Assembly: GCF_006345805.1 (NCBI RefSeq)
Contig: NC_043013.1
Span: forward strand, 14,818,001 to 14,882,000
Length of the DNA: 64,000 nucleotides
Direction: 5' to 3'
Origin: Octopus sinensis
Taxonomy: Eukaryota
A program made the position numbers and the translations under genes. Under the pieces are notes generated by a model. The model ran no database searches, was not told the origin of the DNA, and saw nothing but the letters and a program-made list of their open reading frames with translations. Shown in pieces: positions 13,277-26,060 of the stretch. Each line of letters starts with the position of its first letter. The stretch's first letter is position 1.

Positions 13277-14716
13277 AGGTGGCAAGCTGGTAGAATCGTT
13301 AGTATGCCAGGTAAAATGCTTAGGGACATTTCTTCTGTCTTTACATTCTGAGTTCAAATTCCACTAAAGTCAACTTTCCCTTTCATCCTTTTGAGGTCAG
13401 TGAAATAAGTACCAGTTACGAACTAGGATTGATATAATCGACTAACCCCACCCTCAAAATTTTAGGCCTTGTGCTTTTAGAAAAAAATAATTTTTTTTTT
13501 TAAAGGCGGCAAGCTGGCAAAATCGTTAGCACACTGGTCGAAATGCTTAGCGGCATTTCGTCCAACTTTGTGTTCTGAGTTCCATCAAGATGACATTGCT
13601 TTTCATCCTTTCGGGATCAATAAAATAAGTACCAGCTGGGCTCAATGTAATCGACTAAACCCCTCCACCCCCAAATTTCAGGTCTTATGCCTTCAGTGGA
13701 AAGAACTATTGTTATTCATCCAATTTATTTTAAGTGGTTAATAGCAAATCCTTTATTTTATTATTTCAGAAAAATCCCATCCAGCTGTTTCCCTCTCAAT
13801 AATCGGTTTTTACTCTGTTTAGTTACACCCACAACTTGTCTGGTAAACATACTGCCAGCGCAAGAGAGAGAGAGAGAGAGAGACACATGTATAATTTTGA
13901 TTGCCATATCTTTACATATACACATACATACATATATATATATAGATAGAGAGATAGAGTGGGTGACAGAGAGGGGTGAGAGATATAGTTATTGATGGGC
14001 AGAAAGATAAAACTACGCACTTTTAACTTATAATTTTGTTCATAGCGAGGCATATGTTTATCTATTGACTTCAGCACCTTAACTGGTCATTTGATCTCTT
14101 TCTCACTTTGATCCTGACACAAAGCTATTTCTTATCATCTGTATTGATTATTTAAAATGTCTACTACCTTTTTTTATTACTATTATTTTTTTCCCCCCTG
14201 AATTTATATCACCTGTTGTAATAATTACCTTGTTAGTGATTAAAACAAAATCAAAAAGTGACAGTAAATCACTTGACAAACCTTTGCTTTCTTTTCTATA
14301 GCGTTTCTCTCAGGGATGGCAGTATTGTGGGGTGTCTTTTCCATCTACCAACAACCTTGCTAAGTTATGCTGTGATAGGGTCTTATATAGGCATAGGCAT
14401 GAGTGTGTATTTAAGAAGCTTGCTTCAATGACCATATCGTCGAAGGTTCAGTTCCACTATGTGGTACCCTGGGCAAATATTTTCTATTTTATGTCCAAGC
14501 AAAACAATGCCTTGTGAGCAGATTTAGCTGACGGAAACTGAAAGAAGCCCTTTGTGTATATGTGTGTGTTCACATGTATGTATGTATTTGTGTGTACCCT
14601 TTACTTGCATGTTGTGATGTTAAACAAGATACTCAACAGCAACTGGGAATTGACCTTGCAATGGACTGGCATCCACACGAGTGTGTATGTGTTAATTAAG
14701 ATGCATTTGTACAAAC

Positions 14717-14747
<31 letters not shown>

Positions 14748-15161
14748 TACATATTTAAAAACAAACACACATATAGATATATGTAAAAATATTTGTACAT
14801 GCATATGTGTATTAGAAGGGGCAGGTGTTTTCAGTTCCACTAGGCAGCACTTTGGACAACTGTATTTTACCATAACTCCAGACCATCAAATGCTTTGTGA
14901 GGGAATTTGGCATAGAGACCATCGTTGTGTGTATGTGATTGGGAATAATTGCAAAACTAGAAGTTGATGTGTTGAATGCATTTAATACACACATTTTAAG
15001 TAGTTACATAAGATAATCATTCTGTAATACTATCCTCTTCAGTTGATATCTCTATGTGTGCGTGCATGTGTCTGCATATGTCTGAATGCTTACAAATTTA
15101 CAATTTGGGCCACAGCTACAAGTATCAGCATTTTTAATTGAAAACAGTGACATTTGTTGAG

Positions 15162-15843
15162 ATCATCATCATCATCACACATCCATTTTCCATGCTTGCT
15201 TGGGTTGAATGGTTTGACAGAAGCTGACCAGCTGAAGGGTTGTTCAGGTTCTGGGTCTGTTTTGGCATGGCCTTCTTAGCACCAACCACTTTACAGAGTG
15301 TACTTGGTACTTTAAGCAGCACCAGTACAGGTGCTTCTTATGTGGCACCAGCACTTACAAGCCCGCAAGATTAGGGATGCTCAGCTGGAGAGGGTTGTAA
15401 GGGGCAAGCCTGTATGGAAGGGCAACCACATTTTTACTTATACTGACGTATCTTTTCAAGCACAGCAATCTGCCAGGAGTCTCAGTCCCCTGTCATCCCT
15501 TTTGTGAGTCTCAGCATCTGTAGATCCTTTCTCACCACTTTGTCCCATGTCTTCCTGGGTCTACCCCTTCCACACGTTCCCTCTACAATTAGAGATCGGC
15601 ACCTCTTGATGCAGCTGTCTTCATTCATAGGCATTACATGGCCATACCAGTGCCCATCTTCTCTCTTGCACACTACGCCTGATGCTAAATATACCCAGTT
15701 TTTATCCCAAATCACTTACACTGTCGTATATGCACACTGACATTACCCATCCAGCGAAATACACAGGCTTCATTTCTTTCAAGTCTTTGCATATCCTTAG
15801 TACTCACAGCCTATGTCTCCTCACTACCATGTAGCGTAGCTGT

Positions 15844-15845
<2 letters not shown>
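15162..15845 (-). mobile_element. RTE-clade LINE, 5'-truncated 3' end (ORF2 C-terminus, 3' UTR and (GAT)n tail)
   Basis: ORF 15482-15715 contains WYGHVMPMNEDSCIKRCRSLIVEGTCGRGRPRKTWDKVVRKDL, a typical RTE C-terminus. It runs directly into the CCAACCC/CATGGAAAA...GATGATGAT tail seen in many short copies. Confidence 0.85.
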
Positions 15846-15882
<37 letters not shown>

Positions 15883-15995
15883 ATTAATCAGCCAAAATTG
15901 CGAGGATGATCCGGTTCTTGACTGAAGATTGAAGGCTTCGAATGACCCATCCTTGTTTTTTGTGTTAAAATGTTTTGCATTCTTGTCCCAGTTTG

Positions 15996-16050
<55 letters not shown>

Positions 16051-16074
16051 GTACATATATGTATATATAAGTGA

Positions 16075-16469
16075 AGGAGTGGCTGTGTGGTAAGTAGCTT
16101 GCTTACTAGCCACATGGTTCCATATTCAGTCCCAATGCATGGCATCTTGGGCAAGTGTCTTCTACTATAGCCTTGGGCCAACCAAAGCCTTATAAGTTGA
16201 TTTGGTAGATGGAAACTGAAAGAAGCCCATCGTATATATGTATATATATCTATATATATGTATGTATATGTTTTTGTGTCTGTATTTGTCCTCCTACCAT
16301 CGCTTGACAACCGATGTAGGTGTGTTTACATCCCCGTAACTTAGTGGTTTGGCAAAAGACCGATAGAATAAGTACTAAGCTTACAAAGAATAAATCTTGG
16401 GGTCGATTTGTTCGACTAAAGGTGGTACTGCAGCATGACCACAGTCAAATGACTGAAAGAATAAAAGAA
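16075..16469 (+). mobile_element. tRNA-derived SINE family B, full length
   Basis: aggagtggctgtgtggtaagtagcttgc...cttgggcaagtgtcttc...gacaaccgatg...ggggtcgatttg...gactgaaa. Other copies at 32215-32618(+), 17866-18238(-), 8590-8810(+), 10520-10780(+), 7800-8065(-). Confidence 0.88.
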
Positions 16470-16774
16470 CATACAAATCATTTTGACAGTTGAACTCTAA
16501 ATAAATGAAGCATGTAGAATGCTGGGTTAAAAATTACTTTGGTTGGGAGGGAAAACTGCTGCCTGAGAAGCATGAACCCACATCACCTGTGAACATAACA
16601 GACATTCTACCATCATACCAAAGAAATTCAGTGGATTTTCTCTATCCACTTTAGAAGCTTTGTCCTTATCAGTGAGAATTCTATAGTTTGTATTATAAGA
16701 ATATTTATTTATATCATTTTTTTCATTTAAAAAAAATAGAGAAGTAGGAAATAAACCATTTATAATGGTTAGGT

Positions 16775-17044
16775 CAGTGGTTCCCATAGTGAGCAGTACT
16801 GTCCCTCTGGGAGCTGTGGAAAGGTTCAGGGTTGCTGAAGAAGAGCAGGGACGATAATGGGTTGGCCAAAAGCGGGCAATGGATGTAAAAACAGCAAAAT
16901 AATGGGTTATGTTTTATTAGTGAAATACAGTTGTTTTGAAATTGATACAGAAAGTGGGCTACATTTGTATTGGTGAGGTGGGGAGCGCTAGGAATGTGGC
17001 CTGGGTGCTAAGCGTAACAGCCTAAATAAGTTTGGGAACCACTG
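16775..17044. mobile_element. hAT (Charlie/Buster-like) MITE
   Basis: TIRs CAGTGGTTCCCA / TGGGAACCACTG. The 8-bp flanks GGTTAGGT and GTGTAGGG share the nnnTAnnn pattern (decayed TSD). Confidence 0.75.
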
Positions 17045-18878
17045 GTGTAGGGTCAAAGTAGATAAAGCTATAAATATTAGCATGAAAGCTATTGGTTTAA
17101 AAAACTCCTTGGGTAGAAAACAGCCAATGACTACCTACTCCCCACAAATCTTATAATGTAGATAATATGTATATGTGTGTCTATCTATATATAAGTACCA
17201 GCCTTCAAAAGAAAAGTAAGTACTGGGGTCGATTCATTCAACTAAAATTCTTCAAGGTGGTGCCCCAGCATGGCCACTGTCTAATGACTGAAACAAGTAA
17301 AAGATAAAAGGTGTATATATATATATATATTACACATAAGGCGGCGAGCTGGCAGAAACGTTAGCATCCGCCGTTACGTTCTGAGTTCAAATTCCGCCGA
17401 GGTCAACTTTGCTTTTCATCCTTTAGGGGTCGATTAAATAAGTACCAGTTACGCACTGGGGTCGATATAATCGACTTAATCCGTTTGCCTGTCCTTGTTT
17501 GTCCCTTCTGTGTTTAGCCCCTTGTGGGTAGTAAAGAAATATATATATATATATATATTTACACACACACACATACACATGTATATGTACATACATATAA
17601 TAAGACAGACCTATCTCTTGTCAGTTCATGGAATTTCCTCTTCCAGTGTCTGATGCTGTGCAGGAGATAACTACAATGAAATGCATGCATCCATATCCGT
17701 CTGGGTAAGGGGCACCTTGAACTGACTTGACGTGTTTACACTGATTTATCTACAGCAAAAAAAATTTTCTCCATGACGTTAAATGATGATGATGATATAT
17801 ATACATATCATCATCATCATTTAACGTCCGCCCTCCATGCTAGCATGATATAATATATATGTACATTACTTGTTTCAGTCATTAGACTGTGACCAAGCTG
17901 AGGGACTGCTTTGAAAAACTTTTAGTTGAATGAGCCACTCCCAGGACTTATTTTTTAAGCCTAGTATTTATTCTATTGGACACTTTTGCCAAATCACTAA
18001 GTTACAGGGATGCAAACACATCAACACCGGTTGTCAAGCAGGTTGGGGTGGGGGACAAACATGCACATACATATATATATATATATATATATATGACAGG
18101 CTTCTTTTAGTTTCCATCTTCCAAATCCACTCACAAGGATTTTGGTCGGTCTGAGGCTATAATAGAAGGCACTCGGTCTAGTGTGACTGAATCCAGAACC
18201 ATGTAGTTGGAAAGCACACTTCTTACCACGCAGCCACGCGTGTGTGTAGATATCTGTGTGTATGTATATGTGTGTATATATGTGTGTGTATGCGTTTGTA
18301 TATATGCATGTGTGTGGTGTGTATAGTTTCCGGTTCTTTTAATTACATTGAAGCCCTAACTCTTGTTGGAAGAATTTAGAAATATTTATCCAAATAGCGG
18401 AACTAACCAGGAAATAGTTTTCTGTAATATTTCCCCTCTATGCTCATTCCACAGTACACTCTGCCACTATGATAACATCTTACTAGGATGGGATTGTTAG
18501 ATCTAAATAACTTCCATTTGGTTTTAGTCAGTCTCTATAATGTCTAAGGAAACACATTAGCCTTATGTTTCATTCAATTGGTTTTGATAGTAATTTAAAT
18601 TGGAGCGGATTTTGGAAAATAACTAACTTTCCCATTCATTGGTTTGTTTAGATGGTGCTTGGAACAAAAGCGAAATATATATTAGTATATTAAGATGTTT
18701 GTATTAGGAATATAATATAGCAAAATGCAAATGTAAATTGGTAAACTAAAATGCCATTTGATATATAAAAATGACAACTGTATATTGGTATACTATGATG
18801 GTGTTTGGTACATAAAAATGGGAAGTATATATTAGTATGTTAAGATAGTGCTTGGTATATAACAAAATATAAGTAATG

Positions 18879-19085
18879 TCTGTTGTGTCTGGGGAGAGTC
18901 CTTTTTGTGCCTTCTTATTTAACACAATCACCGGTAAAATTTCCACTTTTTTCTTATTTTCTTATATGTGTAAAATTATAAAAATAAAAAAAATTTTTTA
19001 AATAAGAAAAAAGTAGAAATTTTACCAGTGAGTGTGTTACATTATAAGGCACAAAAAGAAAATGACTCTCCCCAGACACAACAGA
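18879..19085. repeat. Foldback element, arms of about 82 bp
   Basis: tctgttgtgtctggggagagtc...ccacttttttcttattt / aaataagaaaaaagtagaaattttacc...gactctccccagacacaacaga. Confidence 0.85.
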
Positions 19086-19899
19086 ATATGCTTCAACACA
19101 CGAACTCATATAAAGAATCTTGCAAACCAAATCCAAAAACGAAATAAAATATAAGTATATATTGGGATAATAAGATAATGTTTGAAACATGACGAAAGAC
19201 AAATGTATATTTGTACATTAAGATGTTGTTTGGGATGAAACCAAAGATAAATATACATTGATGTATTAAGATGGTGTTTGAACACAAATCTCAGATGTAT
19301 AAATTTGAGGAGAACTCTTGTTAAATCATTTGAAATTTAAGGAAGGTGTGTGTGTGTGTTTCTCAAAGAACTGTTGTTTCTGTTTACGTAATCCTGCTCT
19401 TCCACCTAACCACAAAGTATATTCCAAGACCTGAATGGTTTAATTATAATTCTCATCAAGTTTTAATTAACATTACCTATGTATTTGATACATATATAAT
19501 AAAAAACCACATGAAAATACAAATCCACTCTGTGGGGTGGTTGGTGTTAGGAAGGGCATCCAGCTGTAAAAAACCATGCCAAAACAGTCACAGTAGCCTT
19601 GTGTAGTCTTCTCCCTGGCCAGCTCCTGTCAAACTGTCCAACCCATACCAGCATAAGAGCCCACACATTCTTACAAAACGTGTGTGTGTTACAGAGAGGA
19701 TATGTGAAGGGGATGTACATATATATATTTATATATAAAGCTGCAGTTGTCTGTGTGTGGCAGGTTTGGTAGCCTTCAACTAACACTATCTCCTCCAAGA
19801 CCCTGCGGTGCAAGTTGACTAAAATTGAGAGTATGATAGAAGAAGGTTTGCTCTTCATTCTGTAGAAGAAAAAATTCAAATCAGACCATGTTAAGACCA

Positions 19900-20121
19900 A
19901 AAATTATTTACATCAAAAAGGTGCTTTTTTTCTATGAAAATCTCTGTTTTTTACGATTTTTTGACTGCTGTGTCACCATTTTTCAGTGTATTTCAACCAG
20001 AAAAATGTTCACTTAAAGAGAATAACAAGCTACATGACGCAAAATTTTTACTTTTCAAAAATTCCAATTCTAAAGGGTCGAAAAGAAAACAAACCCAAGC
20101 AACGCCGGGTTATACTACTAG
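19900..20121 (+). mobile_element. Helitron 3' fragment
   Basis: Ends CCCAAGCAACGCCGGGTTATACTACTAG|T, the same terminus type as 59230-59627. 5' boundary uncertain. Confidence 0.7.
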
Positions 20122-20470
20122 TATATGTATAAAAATGGAAAAACTCTATTAAATAAAGTAAAAAAGAACTACTCAAACAATAAAGAAGGTGCTGTTTTTG
20201 TTACAAGAAGTTTTCCACATCCTTAAAAGAAAAAGCCCCCTTCCTTCAAAAATAACCCCTCCATCAAAACCTTTATTTAGCTAAATCCACCTTTATTAAA
20301 TGTTCTATATTTGACCTGTTCATCATGACCTGATCTGGTTGTCTTTTCTCTCTTTTTTTTTCTCTTCTCCCCCCTCTCTTTCTTTCTACCTCCTTTCTTT
20401 CTTTCTTTCTTTGCTGCCGTTGCCACTGCTTGGCTGGATAAAAAAAAAAAATTGGTAAATTTCTCTACAG

Positions 20471-20554
20471 ATCAAAGGAATTAATCTGTCAGGGCTTGGA
20501 ACCCCCCAGTTCTGTCAGTTTGTCCGCGATAGAAGTAGACGCTTGCTACAGTCG
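20471..20554 (+). CDS. DMXL2: Probable in-frame cassette exon of the DmX-like gene (28 aa: IKGINLSGLGTPQFCQFVRDRSRRLLQS)
   Basis: tttctctacag acceptor, TCG|gtaaga donor, 84 nt, phase 0-0 and no stop, so it fits between exons ending 4525 and starting 30491. No AG dinucleotide in 20281-20468. Long upstream pyrimidine tract and downstream YCAY cluster. Confidence 0.72.
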
Positions 20555-20876
20555 GTAAGAGCACAGCCTAACCACCTCCACCACCATCACCACCTCCACC
20601 TCCTCCTCCTCCACCATTGTCCCCCCTCACTCCCACCTTTCCGTTTATTCATTTGCTTGGTACCATTGTAGTCGTTGTTCTTGCTCACCCTGGTGTTGTC
20701 ATCGCTGTTGTTGTTGCTGCTGCTGCTGCTGCTGCTCTTATGAATGTTGTCTTTTAATCATATTATTTTTACCGTTTCCTTATTTAGATGCTTGCAGTTT
20801 TAACTTGTATATGCATGTTTGGATAGGTGGATATATGAGTGTGTGTGTGTGTATGTAATATGCACATATGTATGAA

Positions 20877-21303
20877 TGCATGTCTGCACACCTGTGCACA
20901 TACACATCTGTATACCTGTATATATGGAAATGTATTCATATGCTCATTTAAAGTTTATCTGGTGTATACTTATGTGTGTGTGCTTATGTGTGTATATATG
21001 TGTGTGTATGCGTAAGCACTTGCATGTCTACACACCTGTGCACATACACATCTATATACCTGTATATATGGAAATGTATACATATGTTCATTTAAAGTTT
21101 ATCTGGTGTATACATATGTGTGTGTGTTTATGTGTGTATATATGTGTGTGTATGCATAAGCACTTGCATGTCTACACACCTGTGCACATACACATGTATA
21201 TACCTGTATATATGGAAATGTATACATATGCTCATTTAAAATTTATCTGGTGTATACATATGTGTGTGTGTTTATGTGTGTATATATGTGTGTGTATGCA
21301 TAA
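20877..21303. repeat. 144-bp tandem repeat, 3 copies
   Basis: Units start tgcatgtct(g/a)cacacctgtgcac at 20877, 21021 and 21165. Confidence 0.92.
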
Positions 21304-24300
21304 GTATGAGTGTGTGTATAAGCACCTGCACAGAAAGCTGTGCATGTTTGTACAGAAAGGTTATGACATCTGTCGAGATGCATGTGTGTATGTTTGTTAG
21401 AATGTAAGTTATAATTTCGGCATCATATATATATATATATCTATATATATATATATATAATTTGCATATGTGTGTATGTATACATTTGCATGTGTAAGTA
21501 TATATACACGTGGATACATAAATATGTATATATACATGCATATATATAATTGTTGATGTGTGTGTGTGTGTGTATGTATTTATGTATGTGAATATGCATG
21601 TATGTATATATGTGTGTATATATGACAGATTCAAACATGGAGTAACGTGGGTACAATATTTAGCCCATGTTGAGACTAGATTCATCTTCTCTTTGGTTTA
21701 TTTTTCGTTTTTCTTTTATCACAACCGTTATATATATATATATATATATATATATGCGTGCGTGAGTGTGTGTATATAGCACAGTTTTATTTACTTGTTT
21801 CTGTTTTGAACAGTCAGCACCACTACCACCACCACCATCCCTGCCCCACTCCCCCAGTCCCCCTGTGACACACCTGGAATATCTTAGTGCATCTTTCTGC
21901 AAATATCAAAGACACCTTTCTCACTCATTTCACTGCGTAGTATTCTTCAATATTTTTGCAATATTCTTTCGTTAGACAATTTTTGTTTCATAGAATTACA
22001 TTTTCTTTGTGAACGACTTTTTGTTAGTGTTCTGGTTCTTGTCATTGTTTTTGTTATTGTTTGTTTGTTTGTCTGTTTTTTGGGTTGTTGTTTCTTTTTT
22101 GTTTTTGTTTTGTCTTTGTCAGTTTTTAATATTTTTGTTGTTTTGTTTCTGTTTTTTCTAAAAATCTTAAATAGAACTTTCGATATTGTCTTTTTTTTTT
22201 ACCTTTTTATCAATTCCATTTTTTTATTAATTCTGTCTTTTGACTTTTTGACCTCCAGCATTGCCTGGCACATGAAAGCATTTGAATAGTTGGTAATCCT
22301 TCTGTGTGTGTGTGTGTGTGCACATGGTTCTTTTATTGTCAATGTTATGTATGTGTGTGTGTGTATATATATATGTATGTATGTCTGTATAAGGCTGCAA
22401 GCTGACAGAAACGTTAGCACGCCAGGTGAAATGCTTAGCGGTATTTCGTCTGCCGTTATGTTCTGAGTTCAAATTCCGCCGAGGTCGACTAAACCTTTCA
22501 TCCTTTCAGGGTCGATAAATTAAGTACCAGTTGCGCACTGGGGTCGATGTAATCGACTTAATCTGTTCATCTGTCCTTGTTTGTCCCCTCTGTGTTTAGC
22601 CCCTTGTGGGCAATAAAGAAATATATATGTATGTATGTATATATGGAAATCCTTAAAAAGATAGACATTGTTCTATGTTTGTGTTTGCATGTGAATATAT
22701 GTGTACGGTTTCTTATATTCTCCATGTTATGTCTATAACACAATTCTCTGTGTGTTTGTGTATAAATGCATGTGGATATTCTGTTTCATATATGTGTGTG
22801 TGTGTGTGTATTTATGTATGTGAAAGTGCACAAGTAGATGAACACAGTCCTGTGTGTGTATGTGTGTTTTTATGTATGTATGTGTGTATGGTTCTTTATA
22901 TATTCTCTTTATTACTCTTATATATACACATGTGTGTGTGTGTGTGTTTGAATGTATTTATGTATGCATATGTATTTAATGACATTTTTTATATAATCTT
23001 TCATATTGTATTTATATGCCTACAACCTCAATATATTGACAACTATAGGCAATAAAAATTTAAATAACTACTTTTAACCATAGGCTGAAACAGCTGTAAG
23101 AAGTGATTTAATGATTTCAATAATTTATATTATGATTTTTATAATTTGTATTCTTATCTTATATGTATTGAATTATAAGATATATATGTATGCTATTAAG
23201 GTTCTCATTTTGTTAAATGAATGAATAATTCAACATTCTAATATCCGAAAGTTGATGAACAAACTAAATTTGTTTCTCCATTTTCTTATTTGTATCATAT
23301 ATATATACATATAGATAGATAGATTGTTATTACATTGAGTGTATATTGATTCTCTTTAACTTAACAGTATTATAATTAATTCACATTACTCTACTAAATA
23401 AATTAATAATATTTGTGTGAATGCATTTTGTGTGTTTTTGCTGTTCCTATGTCTTTAAATTTTTTCTCATTTTAGTAGTTTTAAACTAATATGCAAATGT
23501 ATTTTTACCGGAATCATTTTTTTCTTTCAGACATAGTGCATATAGGAATACATTATCTAATTATCTAATGTGTCCTTCCTTTCTTTTAAAATGTTTTTTA
23601 AGATGGTAGTGTGATATAAGAGATTTAATTGCTGTTCTTAACAACTGCAGAGGGGCTCCCTTGTCTCATTGCTTAGTTTTGTTTTGTTTTTTTGTTTTTT
23701 TCTGTCTTTGTATGGTCGTAGATCTGTATCCCCTGATAGAGCAGGTTTCTGATCAAAGTCATTTAGTCTTGACTCTCTCCTCTTTTCAGATGAATTTGCC
23801 ATGGCTGGATGACATAATTCAGCTCAGACTAAGCTATCCTATGGTTTTTTAAAAAAATTTTTTAAAAGATGTGGCTGCTATTTCTACTGATCATATGGAA
23901 ATACTCATTTACCTGTTGCTTTGTTGTTGGTGTAATTACAGCATTGTATGTTAATTTCAAGGATAACTGGTGATTGGTCTGTTGGAATCATCAACCATAC
24001 AGTTAAATTATGATATAGAATAAATTTAAAATTTCCTCACCATTCTTTATCCCATTGATGACATTAGCATAAAGATCTTATTATTAGCATAAAGGTCATG
24101 TCATTAGCATAAAGATCTTCCCAAGATACAACAAAATCTGTTTTAACACACAAATCCACATCAAGAAATTTACAAACCAAATACAAAACTCAAATATTAT
24201 AAACTTCAACCAAGCTCGCAGGGTGCTCAAAAACATTGTGTTCTGCTAGATCAGAATAACCACCCAACAGCTTTGCTTCATTATTGCATTAGGTAAAGAG

Positions 24301-25597
24301 GGTATTTCGTTGAAGTCACAAATGGCAATGAAAGGACTGACAAATGTGATTGATTGACTGACTGACTAAATGATTAATCAAACAACTGAGTAGTTAATTG
24401 GTTATATGGTTAGCTAATTATAACAAAAGAAGTGAAATAGAACCAGTGCATGTGTTTCTTATTCCCATCATGAATCATGCAAACCAGATAAAAATATGCA
24501 ATAGTTTAAGAAATCTTTTCTCTACCCCTTTAGTATTTAAACCAGCCATATCTAGCCCAAATATTCTACCTGATTTATATTCAAACAGTCCAGATCCAGA
24601 CTCTCACACCTACCCTACAATATCATTTCTTAAAATGTACAATTACATCATCAAAATCTCCAAGCTATGAGATAACGCGTGATTAATTCAAAGTAGTGCA
24701 AATAAATAAGTACTACATCTTTTGGGCAAAAAACTCAAGGTCGGATACTCTTTGACTACACCTCGTACGTATATGAACTGTAGCTTAACAATCAATTTTG
24801 AGAAGCTAATCTAAATAATACAGAGACACTTGAGAAAGATTCACTTGTGTATAATTCTTGAATGTTATCCAACCCAGCACTCTTCTCTTTCAATCATTTT
24901 CTTTCAAAATACACAATCGCTATTTCATTGACCTTGCAGAATCAAAATTCTTATTTAATATCTTTAATAGAAATAAAAACAGTAAAGAAAAGGAAAAAAA
25001 TACATTGAGGGGTTTTTAATTTCATTAAATATTTTCTTAAGCTAGATCGTTGGCATTATGTAGATATTTTCAGTTAAAATATTTTGGGAGGTTTTCTGTA
25101 AAACATTTTTAATACTATGTTTGGTGTCTAATTTCATATGGACTCAATATGGCCCATTGTTTATGCATGGCATTAGCAAATTTAAAAAAACAGGTCACAA
25201 GTGATGTGATTTGAATAGTAGCCCCGCTAACGTTATGTCCTATGTTTGTTGTATGTGGCATAATCTGGGGAAACGGTTCTTCAAAAGGAGAAGCTGGATT
25301 GTTCCATTTAGTTCTCACAGTACCGCTCTGGAGGGTTTTGCTATTTGTGAATTTTTCAGAAGGAAAAAATCCCATTGAATGAATATGAGTTGTTTGATAT
25401 CTATATATATTTTTTTTATATAGATACACACATACATGTGTATGTACATTCATTCATACATACATGTGTGTGTGTGTGTGTAAACTTCAAGCTATTGATT
25501 AATATTTATCCTAGATAAATAGACAGACAGAGAGACACACAGAGAGGTGTGTATTTATATATGTTTGTAAACATACACCCACATAAAATTATAAGAA

Positions 25598-26060
25598 AAC
25601 CTACAGAGAGCCACAGATCGACTGTGTAGAAAGTGTTAAGTTCCAGCCAAACAGACATGGTAGTATTATAATACTGTAGATAGTTATAAGTGCCGAGAAA
25701 CAGGCCTAGACAGGTGACAAAAAGAGGAGAGGGTAGCAAAGAGCAGTATGAGGTAAGTAGAAGACAAGTTGGATGTCAAGTGTACTTGACAAAGGAAGAA
25801 GAGGTTTTCACATGTTCGACAATGTGAAGATGAGAGGCACGAAGCATTCCAGATTGCAAAGTGGTGTACTAGAAATGGAGATATTGCTACGGAGAAGTGT
25901 GTACAGAATGATAGCATTACACTTGTTCTTAATGGTACCAAAAAGAAAGAGGCATGGAATTGCTATTATGAGAAGTTGCTGAAAGACGAGAATGAATGGG
26001 AGAAAGCATATACCTCAAGTTGACCCAACAGAGATATTAGCCATTCCAGGTGACAATGGT
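25598..26060 (+). mobile_element. Degenerate RTE LINE ORF2 fragment (endonuclease-RT linker)
   Basis: Broken reading ...QVYLTKEEE...EKCVQND...KKEAWNCYYEKLLKDENEWEK...VDPTE resembles the RTE linker as I recall it. Stops and frameshifts present. Runs straight into the 36-bp array. Confidence 0.7.

Noticed and set aside
13770-13842. Pseudo-exon with good AG and GTAAAC sites (73 nt, early stop), a possible poison exon
   Set aside because: No supporting context or homology. Such site pairs are common by chance in a 26-kb AT-rich intron, so RNA evidence would be needed.
15905-15950. CTGAAGA...GAAT hammerhead-like string
   Set aside because: A15.1 is replaced, stem II does not close at its base, and there is no stem I or III.
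18330-18620. Possible Penelope RT remnant (minus-strand SYLDLTI)
   Set aside because: Only one short motif amid stops and frameshifts; insufficient without a profile search.
23790-23852. Acceptor followed by short ORF MNLPWLDDIIQLRLSYPMVF
   Set aside because: No donor. It lies in what looks like an old dispersed repeat, with a related sequence at positions 1-30.
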